Shown in pieces: positions 27,505-37,613 of a stretch of DNA of 64,000 bases. The number at the start of each line of letters is the position of its first letter. Positions within the stretch are counted from its first letter, which is position 1. The translations under genes and the position numbers were made by a program. Source of the stretch: Candidatus Latescibacterota bacterium (lineage in GTDB: Bacteria > Latescibacterota > UBA2968 > GCA-2709665); the NCBI GenBank assembly GCA_965203805.1, contig OZ241917.1, positions 992,001-1,056,000 on the forward strand. Reading direction: 5' to 3'. Below the pieces are notes generated by a model, which had not been told where the DNA came from, searched no databases, and saw only the letters and a program-made list of their open reading frames with translations.

Positions 27505-28592
27505 GCACCACCCTCCACCTTGATTCGACAGAAGCCGCAGCGCTTACCTGAGCCGATATCCAGGTCCGATGCCCTGCGCACTCCACCAAGGAAATATCGG
27601 AAACCGACCACACCACGGTAAACCTTGCCGAAGACCTCCCGGTCCGAAACCACGCGTACCCGTTGCGCCTCTCTCCGTCGACGCAGTATTGGCACCGGGT
27701 GAAACAACACCCACAAGAGGCCGCAAAGCGCCGCCGCCGGCCGCCTCCAGTCGCGCTTCACCGTGCCGAGCAGTACCGTGCCCAACTCCATCAGAACCCG
27801 CGCCGGAAACACCCAGGCCAGCGAGAGCGCGGACAAATTCTTCAACACCATCACCAGCTGGTTCCTGTGATTCAGATATGCCTTCCGGAATGCCCTCGCA
27901 TCCAGTGACCAGCCACCATAGTGATAGACGAGCGACTCCGGAACGGATTTCACTCTGTACCCCACAAGATGGAAACGCCAGCACAGATCGATTTCCTCCA
28001 TGTGCATATAAAACCCCTCGTCCATGAGCCCGGTTTCCCTCAGGCATTCCACCCGAAGGAACATTGCGCCGCCAACCGCCCAGAAAATATCCCGCGATCG
28101 ATCGTACTGACCTCGATCCTCCTCGACCGTTTGAAACAACCGTCCCAGACAGAAGGTGTATCCGAGCATGTCCATCATCCCGCCCGCGGCCCCGCCGTAG
28201 TCGAATTTCCCGCGTTCACGAAGCGACCTCACCTTGGGCTGGCACACGCCTACCCGCGGGTCGGCTTCCATTGCGGCCAACAGCGGCGGCAACCAGCCAT
28301 CGGCGACTTCGACGTCGTTATTCAGCAGCATCGCATATTTTCCGCGCGCCACCTCCAGTCCGCGATTGCATCCCGCACCCATACCCTTCCCGCCCCCGAC
28401 GCTCACGACCCGGATCCCCGGAAACCGCGCCTGCGCACGCTGCAGGCTTCCGTCGTCGTACGGCCGGTCGTCGGCGACGATGACCTCGAACGGCACGCCG
28501 GTCGTTCTCGAATACAGGAAATCCAGGCACTTCAGGAGCACGTCCCCCAGAAAATGCGGCACGATTACAGACACGACGGGGTCAGGGGCCAT
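27501..28592 (-). CDS. GT2 family glycosyltransferase
   Basis: VSVIVP, VIVADD, LLNNDVEV, GKFDYGGAAGG, FWAVGGAMF and FYMHMEEIDLCWR. Confidence 0.92.
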   Translation of the reverse strand: MAPDPVVSVIVPHFLGDVLLKCLDFLYSRTTGVPFEVIVADDRPYDDGSLQRAQARFPGIRVVSVGGGKGMGAGCNRGLEVARGKYAMLLNNDVEVADGWLPPLLAAMEADPRVGVCQPKVRSLRERGKFDYGGAAGGMMDMLGYTFCLGRLFQTVEEDRGQYDRSRDIFWAVGGAMFLRVECLRETGLMDEGFYMHMEEIDLCWRFHLVGYRVKSVPESLVYHYGGWSLDARAFRKAYLNHRNQLVMVLKNLSALSLAWVFPARVLMELGTVLLGTVKRDWRRPAAALCGLLWVLFHPVPILRRRREAQRVRVVSDREVFGKVYRGVVGFRYFLGGVRRASDLDIGSGKRCGFCRIKVEGGA

Positions 28593-31023
28593 CGATCGCC
28601 TCCTGACGTCCGACCCGCTGCCGCAATATCTCCAGCGCCCTGGAGACCTCCCGGTCGGCGGGCGTCAACCGCAGGAGGGATTCCAGATCCGCAGCGGCGC
28701 CATTAAGGTTTCCAGTACGTTCCCTGGACGCGGCCCTGTTAAAAAGGGCACGCTCGACGCCGATATTGGCGTCGATCATCCGGGTAAAGAGGACGATTGC
28801 CGCATCGTAACGGCCTATTCGCATCTGCAACTCCGCCACGGCGCCCAGACGCGTTTCTTCATCGATCTGCTGCGAGTCCAGCACCACACTCAGCAACCGC
28901 TGCGTCTCCTCAGGTCGATCCAATCGATGCATCAGTTCGGCCATCAACACGAACCCCTGCCAGTGCTCGGGCGGCAGCGCGCGCGCCTCGCAGAATTGCA
29001 GAATCTCGTATGCGCCTTCCCGGTCACCCCGTTCGGCCATCGCTTCCGCGAGGTGAAGGAACACCGCCGGGTAATTGGCGAGCAGGTTGCGAGCGGTCCG
29101 ATTACGATGCACCGCCGGGTCCGACACGCCGCGATACCGATAAAGGTCCAGCAAGTGCTTTCTGGTATTCTGAACGTTGACCGGCGCGGCTTTTCGCCTC
29201 GACAGGCGAAACACCAACCCTTCCATCTTCAGAAAATCCTGCAGTCCCATCCTGTTGTCAACCGGCACGGTCAGCGCGAAATATACGGGTCTCTTCCACT
29301 GGTTCCAATCCACTATCTTCAATACCATGACATCCTGTACCCGCAAAACCCTGCCGGGCATTCCCCGGACGGTCCAATTCAGCCCGGCCGCCTGGACGTC
29401 GCGCGCCTCCGGCCAGAACCGACCGGACTGCTTCACTGCCATCCGCGTATGGACGGTCAAGACCTGATCGATATAGTCGTCCGTATACCGAATGGGGATC
29501 TTCGGCGCCAGATCCCTCAACTGCTTGATATACCAGGGGGTATTCAGCAGGCTCAGGTTCACCACGCGGACGTCCTTTCGGAGCCCCATCACCTCTTGCT
29601 GGAACCATAGCGGGAAACTGTCGTTATCCGCGTTGGTAAACAGGATCGCGTCGGGATCGCAGGATTTCAGGATATTCGCCGCGTAGTCGTACGCAAAGCG
29701 GTTCCCGGTCCGGTCGTGGGTCGGGTAGAGGCTTGCGGCCAACCCGCCCGGCATCGCGAGCAGAAGGCAGGCGGCGGCAACCGCCGGGACCCTGCCGCGA
29801 AGGCGGTACGCGCCGCGCATTACAGCCGACGCACCGATACCCATCCACACCGCGAACAACCCGAAGGACCCAACGAAAACGTAATCGCGTTCCCTCGGCT
29901 GCGGGTCTTCCATGTTGAGATATACCGACAACCCGATGCCCGAAAGCACGAAAAGCGCGGCAAAAGCCCAGAAGCGACCGCGGTCGCGGCGCCAGTGTTT
30001 CCACATGCCAAAGCATCCGAGGAGATACGGCACGACTGAAATTTGAACAAGCTGTACGTCGTGAGAGGTTGCCTGCCGGAAAGCGTCCGACACGAACCGC
30101 AGCCCCGGCACCGGAAACTGCGCGACGAAGTACTTTATGTACATCGTCAGGATCTGGAAGTCCCAGAATGGCGCCTTCCGGTTGAATATACCCAGCAGCA
30201 TACTATCCGCGCCGTATTGTTCGCGGGACAGAAACTTGATGAAATTGGCCCACGTCTCCGGATTATTCTCGTCGATCATGGGATTCAGTCCCGACCGGAT
30301 GTAGAGTGAGGCGTACGTCGAATAACCCGCAACGAAAAGGAGCGTCGCGTATGCCCAGAGTCGCGGGTCTCTCAATATCCGGCGCTTCCGAATCCAGATC
30401 AATGCGAGCAACGTGGGCACGGTCAAAAGACACAGCAGGTGCACGCCGCCCGCGAGGCCCATCAGATAGGCGATAAAAAACAATATCCGGTGGCGGTCTT
30501 CGTCGTCGGCGCGATCCATCCATCTCAACCCCAGCCATAGGGACAACGTCATCAGCATCGTGGAGAAACCGTACACCTCGGTCTCGACGGCATTGTACCA
30601 GAAGGTGTCCGAAAACGCCAGCATCAGCGCGGCCACGCCGCCTCCGATGGCGCGGGACACACATTGTGTACGCCCCTCGCCGCCTTCCCGGCACAGCAGG
30701 ATCAGCCGGACGGTGATCAGATACACGAACAGCACCGCGAGCGCGCTCGTAATTGCCGAGATGAGATTCATGGGATACGCGGGGTCGTCGCCGACCGGCA
30801 ACAACGTAAACAGACGGCCTACCAGCAAATAGAGCGGTGCGCCCGGCGGGTGCGGTATGCCCAGCGAATACGCGCACGCGACGAATTCCCCCGAGTCCCA
30901 GAACGAGACCGTCGGGGCCGCCGTCCGGACAAACACCGCCAAGGAAATCAGAAAGACGCCCGCGGCGCCCATCCGTATGAGACCGCGTCCGGCGGCCGGA
31001 TCGTCTGAAAGTGGCCTGGTCAA
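28582..31023 (-). CDS. DUF2723 / TMEM260-like polytopic membrane protein (GT-C fold) with C-terminal TPRs
   Basis: APTVSFWDSGEF, GIPHPPGAPLY, FWYNAVETEVY, PRERDYVF, ILFTNADNDSFPLW and VRVVNLSLLNTPWY; TPR-like helices at the C-terminus. Confidence 0.88.
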   Translation of the reverse strand: MTRPLSDDPAAGRGLIRMGAAGVFLISLAVFVRTAAPTVSFWDSGEFVACAYSLGIPHPPGAPLYLLVGRLFTLLPVGDDPAYPMNLISAITSALAVLFVYLITVRLILLCREGGEGRTQCVSRAIGGGVAALMLAFSDTFWYNAVETEVYGFSTMLMTLSLWLGLRWMDRADDEDRHRILFFIAYLMGLAGGVHLLCLLTVPTLLALIWIRKRRILRDPRLWAYATLLFVAGYSTYASLYIRSGLNPMIDENNPETWANFIKFLSREQYGADSMLLGIFNRKAPFWDFQILTMYIKYFVAQFPVPGLRFVSDAFRQATSHDVQLVQISVVPYLLGCFGMWKHWRRDRGRFWAFAALFVLSGIGLSVYLNMEDPQPRERDYVFVGSFGLFAVWMGIGASAVMRGAYRLRGRVPAVAAACLLLAMPGGLAASLYPTHDRTGNRFAYDYAANILKSCDPDAILFTNADNDSFPLWFQQEVMGLRKDVRVVNLSLLNTPWYIKQLRDLAPKIPIRYTDDYIDQVLTVHTRMAVKQSGRFWPEARDVQAAGLNWTVRGMPGRVLRVQDVMVLKIVDWNQWKRPVYFALTVPVDNRMGLQDFLKMEGLVFRLSRRKAAPVNVQNTRKHLLDLYRYRGVSDPAVHRNRTARNLLANYPAVFLHLAEAMAERGDREGAYEILQFCEARALPPEHWQGFVLMAELMHRLDRPEETQRLLSVVLDSQQIDEETRLGAVAELQMRIGRYDAAIVLFTRMIDANIGVERALFNRAASRERTGNLNGAAADLESLLRLTPADREVSRALEILRQRVGRQEAIDGP

Positions 31024-31174
31024 CCGTGTGTCCTCGACTGTGTCATTGGGAATCGCTCCATTTCTTCAGACGCCGCCATGCCGTATCGGTTCAATGCCCA
31101 TCCGGGGAAGGTTCATCTCCCTGGCATTCCGGTCCGGATTGCCGAGCCTCGTTTTCCACATCCTCGCCCGACGT

Positions 31175-32572
31175 TTACGCGATGGCGCCCGTCCCCGAAT
31201 CCTCGGGAGCTTCGATGACGCGCATCGATTTCCACTTGCCGCCCCTGAACCGCATCATAAAGATCAATCCGCCCGCAACAAGATAGAGGCTGATGAATAC
31301 CCAGGCGAAGTAAAGACCCCACCCGAAAGTCACGACCGACAGGTAGGTCGGCAGGACCATCACAAACCAGCCGAGCGCTATTGACGCAAACATGACGAAC
31401 CGCGTATCTCCCGCGCCCTTCACGCCGGCCGAGAAGACGATATAAAGCGCATCGAACACGCAGTAGAACGCAACAAACCGCAACAGGACGACGGAAATCT
31501 CCCAGACCTTTTCGAACGTCTCGGGATCGGCGCCGGAAATATACGGCCGCAGAAAGAAACCCGGCGTGAAGACATACCCTGCGGCCATCACCAGCATATA
31601 CGCCAGGCTGAGATGCACCGCGGACCACGTGCTGCGTTCCGCCAGGTCCACCCTGTCTTTGCCCAGGTATTGGCCGACGAGCGTTGAAACCGCGATACCC
31701 AGACCCATCATCGGCAGGAACGCGAGCGTATTGATGTTGAACGTCACACTCGTGGCCGCCAGCGCCGTCGTTCCCAGTTTACCGACCAGAAGGATGAACA
31801 TTGAAAAGCCCAGTATCTCCAGCATGAATTGAACGCCGTTCGGCAATCCGAAACGCACAAGCCTGCGCAACAACCCGCTTTCCGGCCGCCACCCGCTCAA
31901 CGTGTGAAAGTCGCCTCGGTATCGGGGCCGCATCATCAGGATGAAGAACACAACGGGGATCAGGAGGTGCGATACGACCGATGCCCAGGCGGCTCCTCGA
32001 ATGCCCCACTCGGGGAACCCCCAGTGGCCGAATATCCACGCATAGTCCAGGACGACGTTCAGCCCGGTCGCAAGTAAATTCACCCACATGACCGTCCGGG
32101 TGTCCCCCCGCCCGCTGAAAAACGAGGAGATCGCAACCCCGGTGATCCCCGGCCCCATGAAACACAGAATTCTGAAATACTCCGCCTCGAGCGCGCGTAT
32201 CCGCGGCTCATGCCCCGCCCATTCGAAGAAATGAGCGGAAAATGGCATGAGACACAAAATAAGCACCCCAGAGGCAAGACCGACATATATCCCCTGCCAC
32301 ACCGCCGGGCCGATCCTGTCACGCCGGTCCGCCCCCCAGTATTGGGCGACGAATGTATTCACGTAGGCGACCGTACCGATGAAAAGGCTCGAGAAGGTGA
32401 AGTGCAGCATGCCCGCCGGCAGACTGGCCGCCAGTACGTCCCGGCTGTACCAGCTCAGGAATACCCGATCCACGAAGATCTGCAGGCTCCACGATCCCGT
32501 GCTCAAAATGAGCGGCGCCGCCATTCGCAGCACATCCCTGTAGCCGCCCGGTTCATGCCAACGGGAGATCAT
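31175..32572 (-). CDS. MATE family transporter
   Basis: About 12 TM helices with internal repeat: FVDRVFLS, FFSGRGDTR, NVVLDY, GIRGAAWAS, STLVGQYLG and KGAGDTRFVM. Confidence 0.92.
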   Translation of the reverse strand: MISRWHEPGGYRDVLRMAAPLILSTGSWSLQIFVDRVFLSWYSRDVLAASLPAGMLHFTFSSLFIGTVAYVNTFVAQYWGADRRDRIGPAVWQGIYVGLASGVLILCLMPFSAHFFEWAGHEPRIRALEAEYFRILCFMGPGITGVAISSFFSGRGDTRTVMWVNLLATGLNVVLDYAWIFGHWGFPEWGIRGAAWASVVSHLLIPVVFFILMMRPRYRGDFHTLSGWRPESGLLRRLVRFGLPNGVQFMLEILGFSMFILLVGKLGTTALAATSVTFNINTLAFLPMMGLGIAVSTLVGQYLGKDRVDLAERSTWSAVHLSLAYMLVMAAGYVFTPGFFLRPYISGADPETFEKVWEISVVLLRFVAFYCVFDALYIVFSAGVKGAGDTRFVMFASIALGWFVMVLPTYLSVVTFGWGLYFAWVFISLYLVAGGLIFMMRFRGGKWKSMRVIEAPEDSGTGAIA

Positions 32573-32727
32573 GGAAACCTCATCGGGCCCGGACCCGGGC
32601 ATGGTCGTCAACCCCAATACGCCACCGGAAAAACAGGATGCGCCGCGCCGAAGAAGTGAAAACACATCGATGGACGGCGATATGGGAGGACGGTGCGGGC
32701 GGTTGCGACATCTGAGCGATTTTTCTC

Positions 32728-32756
32728 TTGTCGGGCATTGGCGCCGTTGGTAGATT
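32728..32756 (+). promoter_or_regulatory. Putative sigma70 promoter
   Basis: TTGTCG, 17 nt, TAGATT with an extended TGn element. Confidence 0.45.
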
Positions 32757-32808
32757 CGCTGACCTGAACGGGCCGGCGAACGCACAAACTCACCTCCGGG
32801 GCCATGAC

Positions 32809-34200
32809 ATGATTTTCGACGTCGTCATTATAGGTGGAGGCAGCGCGGGCTACGCCGCCGCTCGCGTTGCCGCGGACAACGGCGCCAGCGTCGCCATTGT
32901 CGACAAGGGGCCGCTCGGCGGCCTTTGCATCCTGCGCGGCTGCATGCCCTCCAAGACGCTGCTCCGAAGTTCGGATCTTTTATCTCTGATGAAACGGGCC
33001 GGAGAATTCGGCCTGAACGCCCGCGAGATCACGCCGGACCTGGCCGCCATCAACGACCGAAAACGCAGGCTGGTTGACGAATTCGCAGAATACAGGATTG
33101 CGCAGCTCAACAGCCCGGAATTCACACTCATACAGGGTCGGGCGCGGTTCGAATCGCCGAACACCGTTCGCGTTGGAACGGCGAGGGTCCGCGGACGGCG
33201 TTTCGTTATTGCCGTGGGTTCCGCTGTCAGCAGAGTCCCGGTTCCCGGTCTGGACGAAGCCGGCTGTCTCACAAGCGACGACGTCCTGGAACTTCGGGAA
33301 CTACCCGAATCCGTCATCGTGCTTGGAGGGGGCGCCGTCGCAACCGAACTTGGCCAGTTCCTGTGCCGGATGGGGGCCCGGACCACGCTGATACAGAGAA
33401 ACAGCCAGTTGATCAGCGCCTGCGATCCGGACATGGTCCGCCCCGTGGAGACCCGCTTCAGAGAAGAAGGCATGCAGGTATTCACGGGCACCTCTCTCCA
33501 GCGTATCGCCAGAACAGGTGACCGTATCGCTGTACACTTCCTTCACCGCGGGGAGCCGCGTACAGCCTCGGCCGCGGTCGTCGTCAATGCGTTGGGACGC
33601 ACGCCGGACCTCGCCGGTCTGGCGCTGGAACGCGCGGGCGTTGACGTCGCGAACGGACGAATCGTCGCCAGCGATTTCATGCAGACCAGCGCGGATCACG
33701 TCTTCGCCGCCGGCGACTGCGTGGGTCCTTACGAAATCGTACATATCGCCGTGTTGCAGGGCGAGATCTGTGGTCACAATGCCGTGGCGGAAGTGCCTGA
33801 CAAGAGGATCGAGTATCGCCTGCGAACGTCGGTTGTCTTCACCGATCCGCAGGTGGCCTCGGTCGGTCCGACCGAAAGAGAATGCCGGAACGCGGGCATT
33901 GCCTTTCTGTCGGCAGAATATCCGTTCAGCGATCATGGCAAATCGCTGGTGATGGGAGAAACGCACGGCGCCGTAAAGATCCTGTGCCATCCGGAAAGCG
34001 GCGAACTTATCGCCGGTCATATCACAGGCCCGGAGGCTTCCGAGCTCATCCATGAGCTCACCGCGGTAATCTACTACCGGGGCACTGTCTTCGATCTCCT
34101 CGAAATCCCACACTACCATCCTACGCTCGCCGAGATCATCACCTACCCCGCCGAAGAACTCGCCGGCATCCTGACCCGCCAGCCTGACCGTCACCCTTGA
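32809..34200 (+). CDS. Pyridine nucleotide-disulfide oxidoreductase (dihydrolipoamide dehydrogenase-like)
   Basis: IIGGGSAG, GGLCILRGCMPSK redox disulfide, VFTDP and HYHPTLAE. Confidence 0.9.
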   Translation: MIFDVVIIGGGSAGYAAARVAADNGASVAIVDKGPLGGLCILRGCMPSKTLLRSSDLLSLMKRAGEFGLNAREITPDLAAINDRKRRLVDEFAEYRIAQLNSPEFTLIQGRARFESPNTVRVGTARVRGRRFVIAVGSAVSRVPVPGLDEAGCLTSDDVLELRELPESVIVLGGGAVATELGQFLCRMGARTTLIQRNSQLISACDPDMVRPVETRFREEGMQVFTGTSLQRIARTGDRIAVHFLHRGEPRTASAAVVVNALGRTPDLAGLALERAGVDVANGRIVASDFMQTSADHVFAAGDCVGPYEIVHIAVLQGEICGHNAVAEVPDKRIEYRLRTSVVFTDPQVASVGPTERECRNAGIAFLSAEYPFSDHGKSLVMGETHGAVKILCHPESGELIAGHITGPEASELIHELTAVIYYRGTVFDLLEIPHYHPTLAEIITYPAEELAGILTRQPDRHP

Positions 34201-35555
34201 CCGGCACGGACGTGCCCCGGTTCGTTCAGGCGGTGCACGAAGAAAACGGTCAGCGGCACGAACGCCAGGGCGATCCAGAACATGGGCCGATACGAAATCC
34301 ACGCCACGAGCAAACCGGCCAGCACCGGCAGAAACCCCTGAGGCAATGCAAACATGTTCAGAAAACTGGTATACGTGGGACGACGGTTTTCCGGCGCGAG
34401 TTCCAGCACATAAGCCATACGACCGTTAAACAACGCGCTGCTGGCGAACCCTGACAACACAAACGTCAGAGAAAAAAACACGACTTGCGGATTCAACGAC
34501 CACGCAACGCCCCAACTCGCCAGAGGCGCGACGTCGATCGACGGCACGTGCCTGGCCAGCAGGGGCACGGCGGCGGACAGCGCCATCAGATAGGACCCGT
34601 ACACCAGCAACGCGCGGTTGCCGCTTTGATGCCCTACGCGCGCCCAGAGCGCATTCGAGAGCACGGTGCTGATCTGCATGACCGAAACAAATACGCCGAC
34701 ATAGACCAGCCCCAGGCCCAGATCGGTTATCGCGTAGGGAACATAGAATGGCGCGCCCATCATCATAAAGGACCACAGGACCTGCATCCCGCACAACCTG
34801 CGGTAATTGACGTCGTTTCTGAGCAGCCTTATCCCGCTGTTCAGATAGTTGGAGAGCGGCTGCCGGAGATACCGCACCGGGCCAACCGGTTCCCGAATTC
34901 TGCTGAAGACGAAGACCGAGAGCGCGTTTCCGAGACCCGCCAGCAGAAACAGCGCCGCATAGTTCGAAGGAAACGAAATCCCGGTCTGCTCGCTGAGCAC
35001 GTACGAAATCAGTCCCCCCGCCGCCATGGCCGTGATGCCCCCGAAAAGCCGACGTACGGCGAACAGACGCGACCGGTCGCCGGGCGGGACGACTTTCGCG
35101 ACGATATCCATCCAGGGGACATTCCAAATGCCCATCATGGATGTGGATATCGCATATAGGACCATGAAACAGCAAAGAATATAAAAGGGCTGACGACCTC
35201 CCGTCAGGTACGTCAGCCCTGCAATCACCAGCCAGACGGAACTGCGCATCCCGCCAGCCAGAAGCAGAAAGGGCATCTTGCGTTTTCTGACTTCGATAAT
35301 CCGGGAAATGAACACCTGAGGCCACGCCCACCCGATCCGCATCAGGGCCCCGGTTAGTCCGATGGCGACGCTCGAGGATGTCAGCGACTGCACGAAAGCC
35401 GGAAGCACCATATCCGAACTGGCGAGTGCCATTGACATGAAAACCAGGCCGCCGTTCAGAATCAGTAGCCGGCTGTTCCGGCGCACCTCCGCGGGGTCCG
35501 TTTCCTCGGACTCGGCCGCCGCCCGCCTCCAGTGCGCAGATGAGAATTCTCTCAT
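34191..35555 (-). CDS. MFS transporter
   Basis: About 12 hydrophobic segments; VLPAFV, WMDIVAKVVP and ELAPENRRPTY. Confidence 0.85.
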   Translation of the reverse strand: MREFSSAHWRRAAAESEETDPAEVRRNSRLLILNGGLVFMSMALASSDMVLPAFVQSLTSSSVAIGLTGALMRIGWAWPQVFISRIIEVRKRKMPFLLLAGGMRSSVWLVIAGLTYLTGGRQPFYILCCFMVLYAISTSMMGIWNVPWMDIVAKVVPPGDRSRLFAVRRLFGGITAMAAGGLISYVLSEQTGISFPSNYAALFLLAGLGNALSVFVFSRIREPVGPVRYLRQPLSNYLNSGIRLLRNDVNYRRLCGMQVLWSFMMMGAPFYVPYAITDLGLGLVYVGVFVSVMQISTVLSNALWARVGHQSGNRALLVYGSYLMALSAAVPLLARHVPSIDVAPLASWGVAWSLNPQVVFFSLTFVLSGFASSALFNGRMAYVLELAPENRRPTYTSFLNMFALPQGFLPVLAGLLVAWISYRPMFWIALAFVPLTVFFVHRLNEPGHVRAGQG

Positions 35556-35643
35556 TCCGGTTGCTTCCGTTCCTCAGGCTCCCCGGGAGCCGGGCAGGTC
35601 CCCCTCTCCTGTAATGACTCGCGGCGGCGCGCCGCGGGACGTC

Positions 35644-37272
35644 TTATATTCCAATCGCATAGCCGTCCCGTCTTGGGTCCGCGCCCCCCATCAGTGCGCC
35701 GCTTTCCGGGTCTACGGCAATTCCCTGCGCCCCGCCGGTTACGTGCGAATACGCGCCGACAACGTCAATCCGATGTCCGCGGCGAATCAGGCCGGCCCGG
35801 ATTTCTTCAGGTACGCGGGACTCCATATATACGCGGGTACCGGCGTGTTGAAAGCGGAACCTGGGAGCCTCGATCGCCGCCTGAATGTTCATTCCGTAGT
35901 CCAGGAGATTGGTCGTAAACTGCGTGGTCGTCTGTTGAATTCCCCAGCTTCCCGGCGTACCGAGTGCCGCCACGAGCCTGCTGTCTTTGAATACCTGACA
36001 TGGCGAAAGACACATATCGATTTTCTTATGCGGCTCGATGCAATTGGGGCTGCCTGGCACCGTGTCCGCCCATTTGATGAAGTTGTTCAGGAACATCCCC
36101 GTGTTTCCGATTATTTCCCCGGACCCGAACCCGGATCCCAGACTCTGCGTTACCGCCACCGCGTTTCCCGATGCGTCCGCAACGTCGAAGTGGGTCGTAC
36201 ATTCGTTAAGCCAGTCGCCGGGCTGTCCCGGAGCAATTTCACCGGGAAGACCGACGGCCGCGAAATATTCACCACGGTTTACCATGGCCCGTTCGCCGAC
36301 AAGCCCCCTGCGTTCATTCGCATATTCCTTTGAAAGCAGTCCGTCCGCAGGCGCTTCCGGCGCCGCCGCGAAAGCCACTCGGTCGGCATTGCCCAGCTTC
36401 AGGATCTCGATAAAGAGATGGAGCGCCTCCTCCGAATGATGGCCTAAATCCTTCAGATCGTAGCCCTCCAGCATATTCAACGCCTGCAGGATGTGAAATC
36501 CTGCGCTTGGCAGCGGCGGGCAGAACACCCGGAATCCGCGGTAGGGCGTTGAAATGGCGTCCTCCCATGCAACCTCGAAATCCGCGAGGTCTCTCGCGGA
36601 GAGTAGACCGCCCCCGCCCTGCACGTATCCGGTAATTTCCGATCCGAGATCTCCGCTGTAGAACGCCTCCGCGCCGCCTTCCACCACCCTCCTCAGTGTG
36701 CGGGCGAGGTCGCCCTGGATCAGAATATCCCCTGCACGAGGCGCTCGTCCACGGCTCAGTATCACCTCGGCGCCCGTAGGCCGCATTCGGGGCACGGCGT
36801 CGTGAATGAATCCGGCATTCTTGACCGTCGCCGCGAATCCGTTTTCCGCCAGTTCGATTGCCGGGCCGAATACGGTCGCCCGGTCCATCGTACCGTATTT
36901 TTCAAGAAGCTCGAGCCAGCCTCCACAGGCGCCCGGAACCAGGCAGGACATGACGCCGCCTTCCTGAAAATCCGGTGACGCGAAGGCCTCGGAGGTGGCG
37001 TCGTGAGGGGTGCGCCCGCAATAATCCAGGACGCGCACGCGGTCTTCCGCGGCGGAATAAATGAGCGCGTATCCAACCCCTGCGATACCCGACATATAGG
37101 GTTCGACGACATTCAGCGCCGCCGCGACAGCAACCGCGGCGTCGAATGCATTGCCATGTTCAAGGAGCATGCGAATCCCGGCCAGGCTTGCCAGGGGATG
37201 TGCGCTGGCAACCATTCCCCGGGTGCCCGTCACCGTGGACCGATGTACCGTTCCGGCGGATGCAAAAGCCAT
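35644..37272 (-). CDS. ggt: Gamma-glutamyltransferase family protein (no signal peptide)
   Basis: GMVASAHPLAS, GNAFDAAVA, VEPYMSGI, Thr nucleophile TTHFDVAD, GTPG and GGADPRRDG. Confidence 0.9.
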   Translation of the reverse strand: MAFASAGTVHRSTVTGTRGMVASAHPLASLAGIRMLLEHGNAFDAAVAVAAALNVVEPYMSGIAGVGYALIYSAAEDRVRVLDYCGRTPHDATSEAFASPDFQEGGVMSCLVPGACGGWLELLEKYGTMDRATVFGPAIELAENGFAATVKNAGFIHDAVPRMRPTGAEVILSRGRAPRAGDILIQGDLARTLRRVVEGGAEAFYSGDLGSEITGYVQGGGGLLSARDLADFEVAWEDAISTPYRGFRVFCPPLPSAGFHILQALNMLEGYDLKDLGHHSEEALHLFIEILKLGNADRVAFAAAPEAPADGLLSKEYANERRGLVGERAMVNRGEYFAAVGLPGEIAPGQPGDWLNECTTHFDVADASGNAVAVTQSLGSGFGSGEIIGNTGMFLNNFIKWADTVPGSPNCIEPHKKIDMCLSPCQVFKDSRLVAALGTPGSWGIQQTTTQFTTNLLDYGMNIQAAIEAPRFRFQHAGTRVYMESRVPEEIRAGLIRRGHRIDVVGAYSHVTGGAQGIAVDPESGALMGGADPRRDGYAIGI

Positions 37273-37453
37273 GGATTCAGTTCCTTAACCAGAATGCCCC
37301 CGGCTCGGGATCAGCGGGGGGCCTGTGGCACCGTTGCCGTTGTCATGCGCGAAAGGACGTCCGCGGTGGAATTCATCTCCCGGCGACCCGCTTTGATTCC
37401 GAACCCGCGTCAGGGTCAGGGATCAAGTGCTTCCTCAACTCCCGTTTATGCGG

Positions 37454-37482
37454 AAGATAGGCTATGGCGGGTGGCAAGTCAA
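37454..37482 (-). promoter_or_regulatory. sigma70 promoter for ggt-MFS
   Basis: Minus strand TTGACT, 17 nt, TATCTT. Confidence 0.55.
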
Positions 37483-37613
37483 TGCCCGTTTCCCTCGCTC
37501 GTTTGCGCTCGTCAGCCACGTTTCTGCTTGACAACGCAGGTCGATCATGGCTTTTTATACGACTCCCGAACGACCGCTACTGGCAGCGTTTCACATTGCC
37601 GGACAGACCCGCC

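Noticed and set aside
32809-34200. Mercuric reductase (MerA)
   Set aside because: No C-terminal Cys-Cys pair, no N-terminal HMA domain and no mer genes; it has the HPTxxE motif instead.
37273-37447. SAM-I-like words (ATGA ... GGCAAC ... GGTGCCA) and a 21-codon uORF in the ggt leader
   Set aside because: The ATC-AGAG/GAGGGA kink-turn core and P1 closure are missing. The uORF has poor RBS spacing and no regulatory codon bias.
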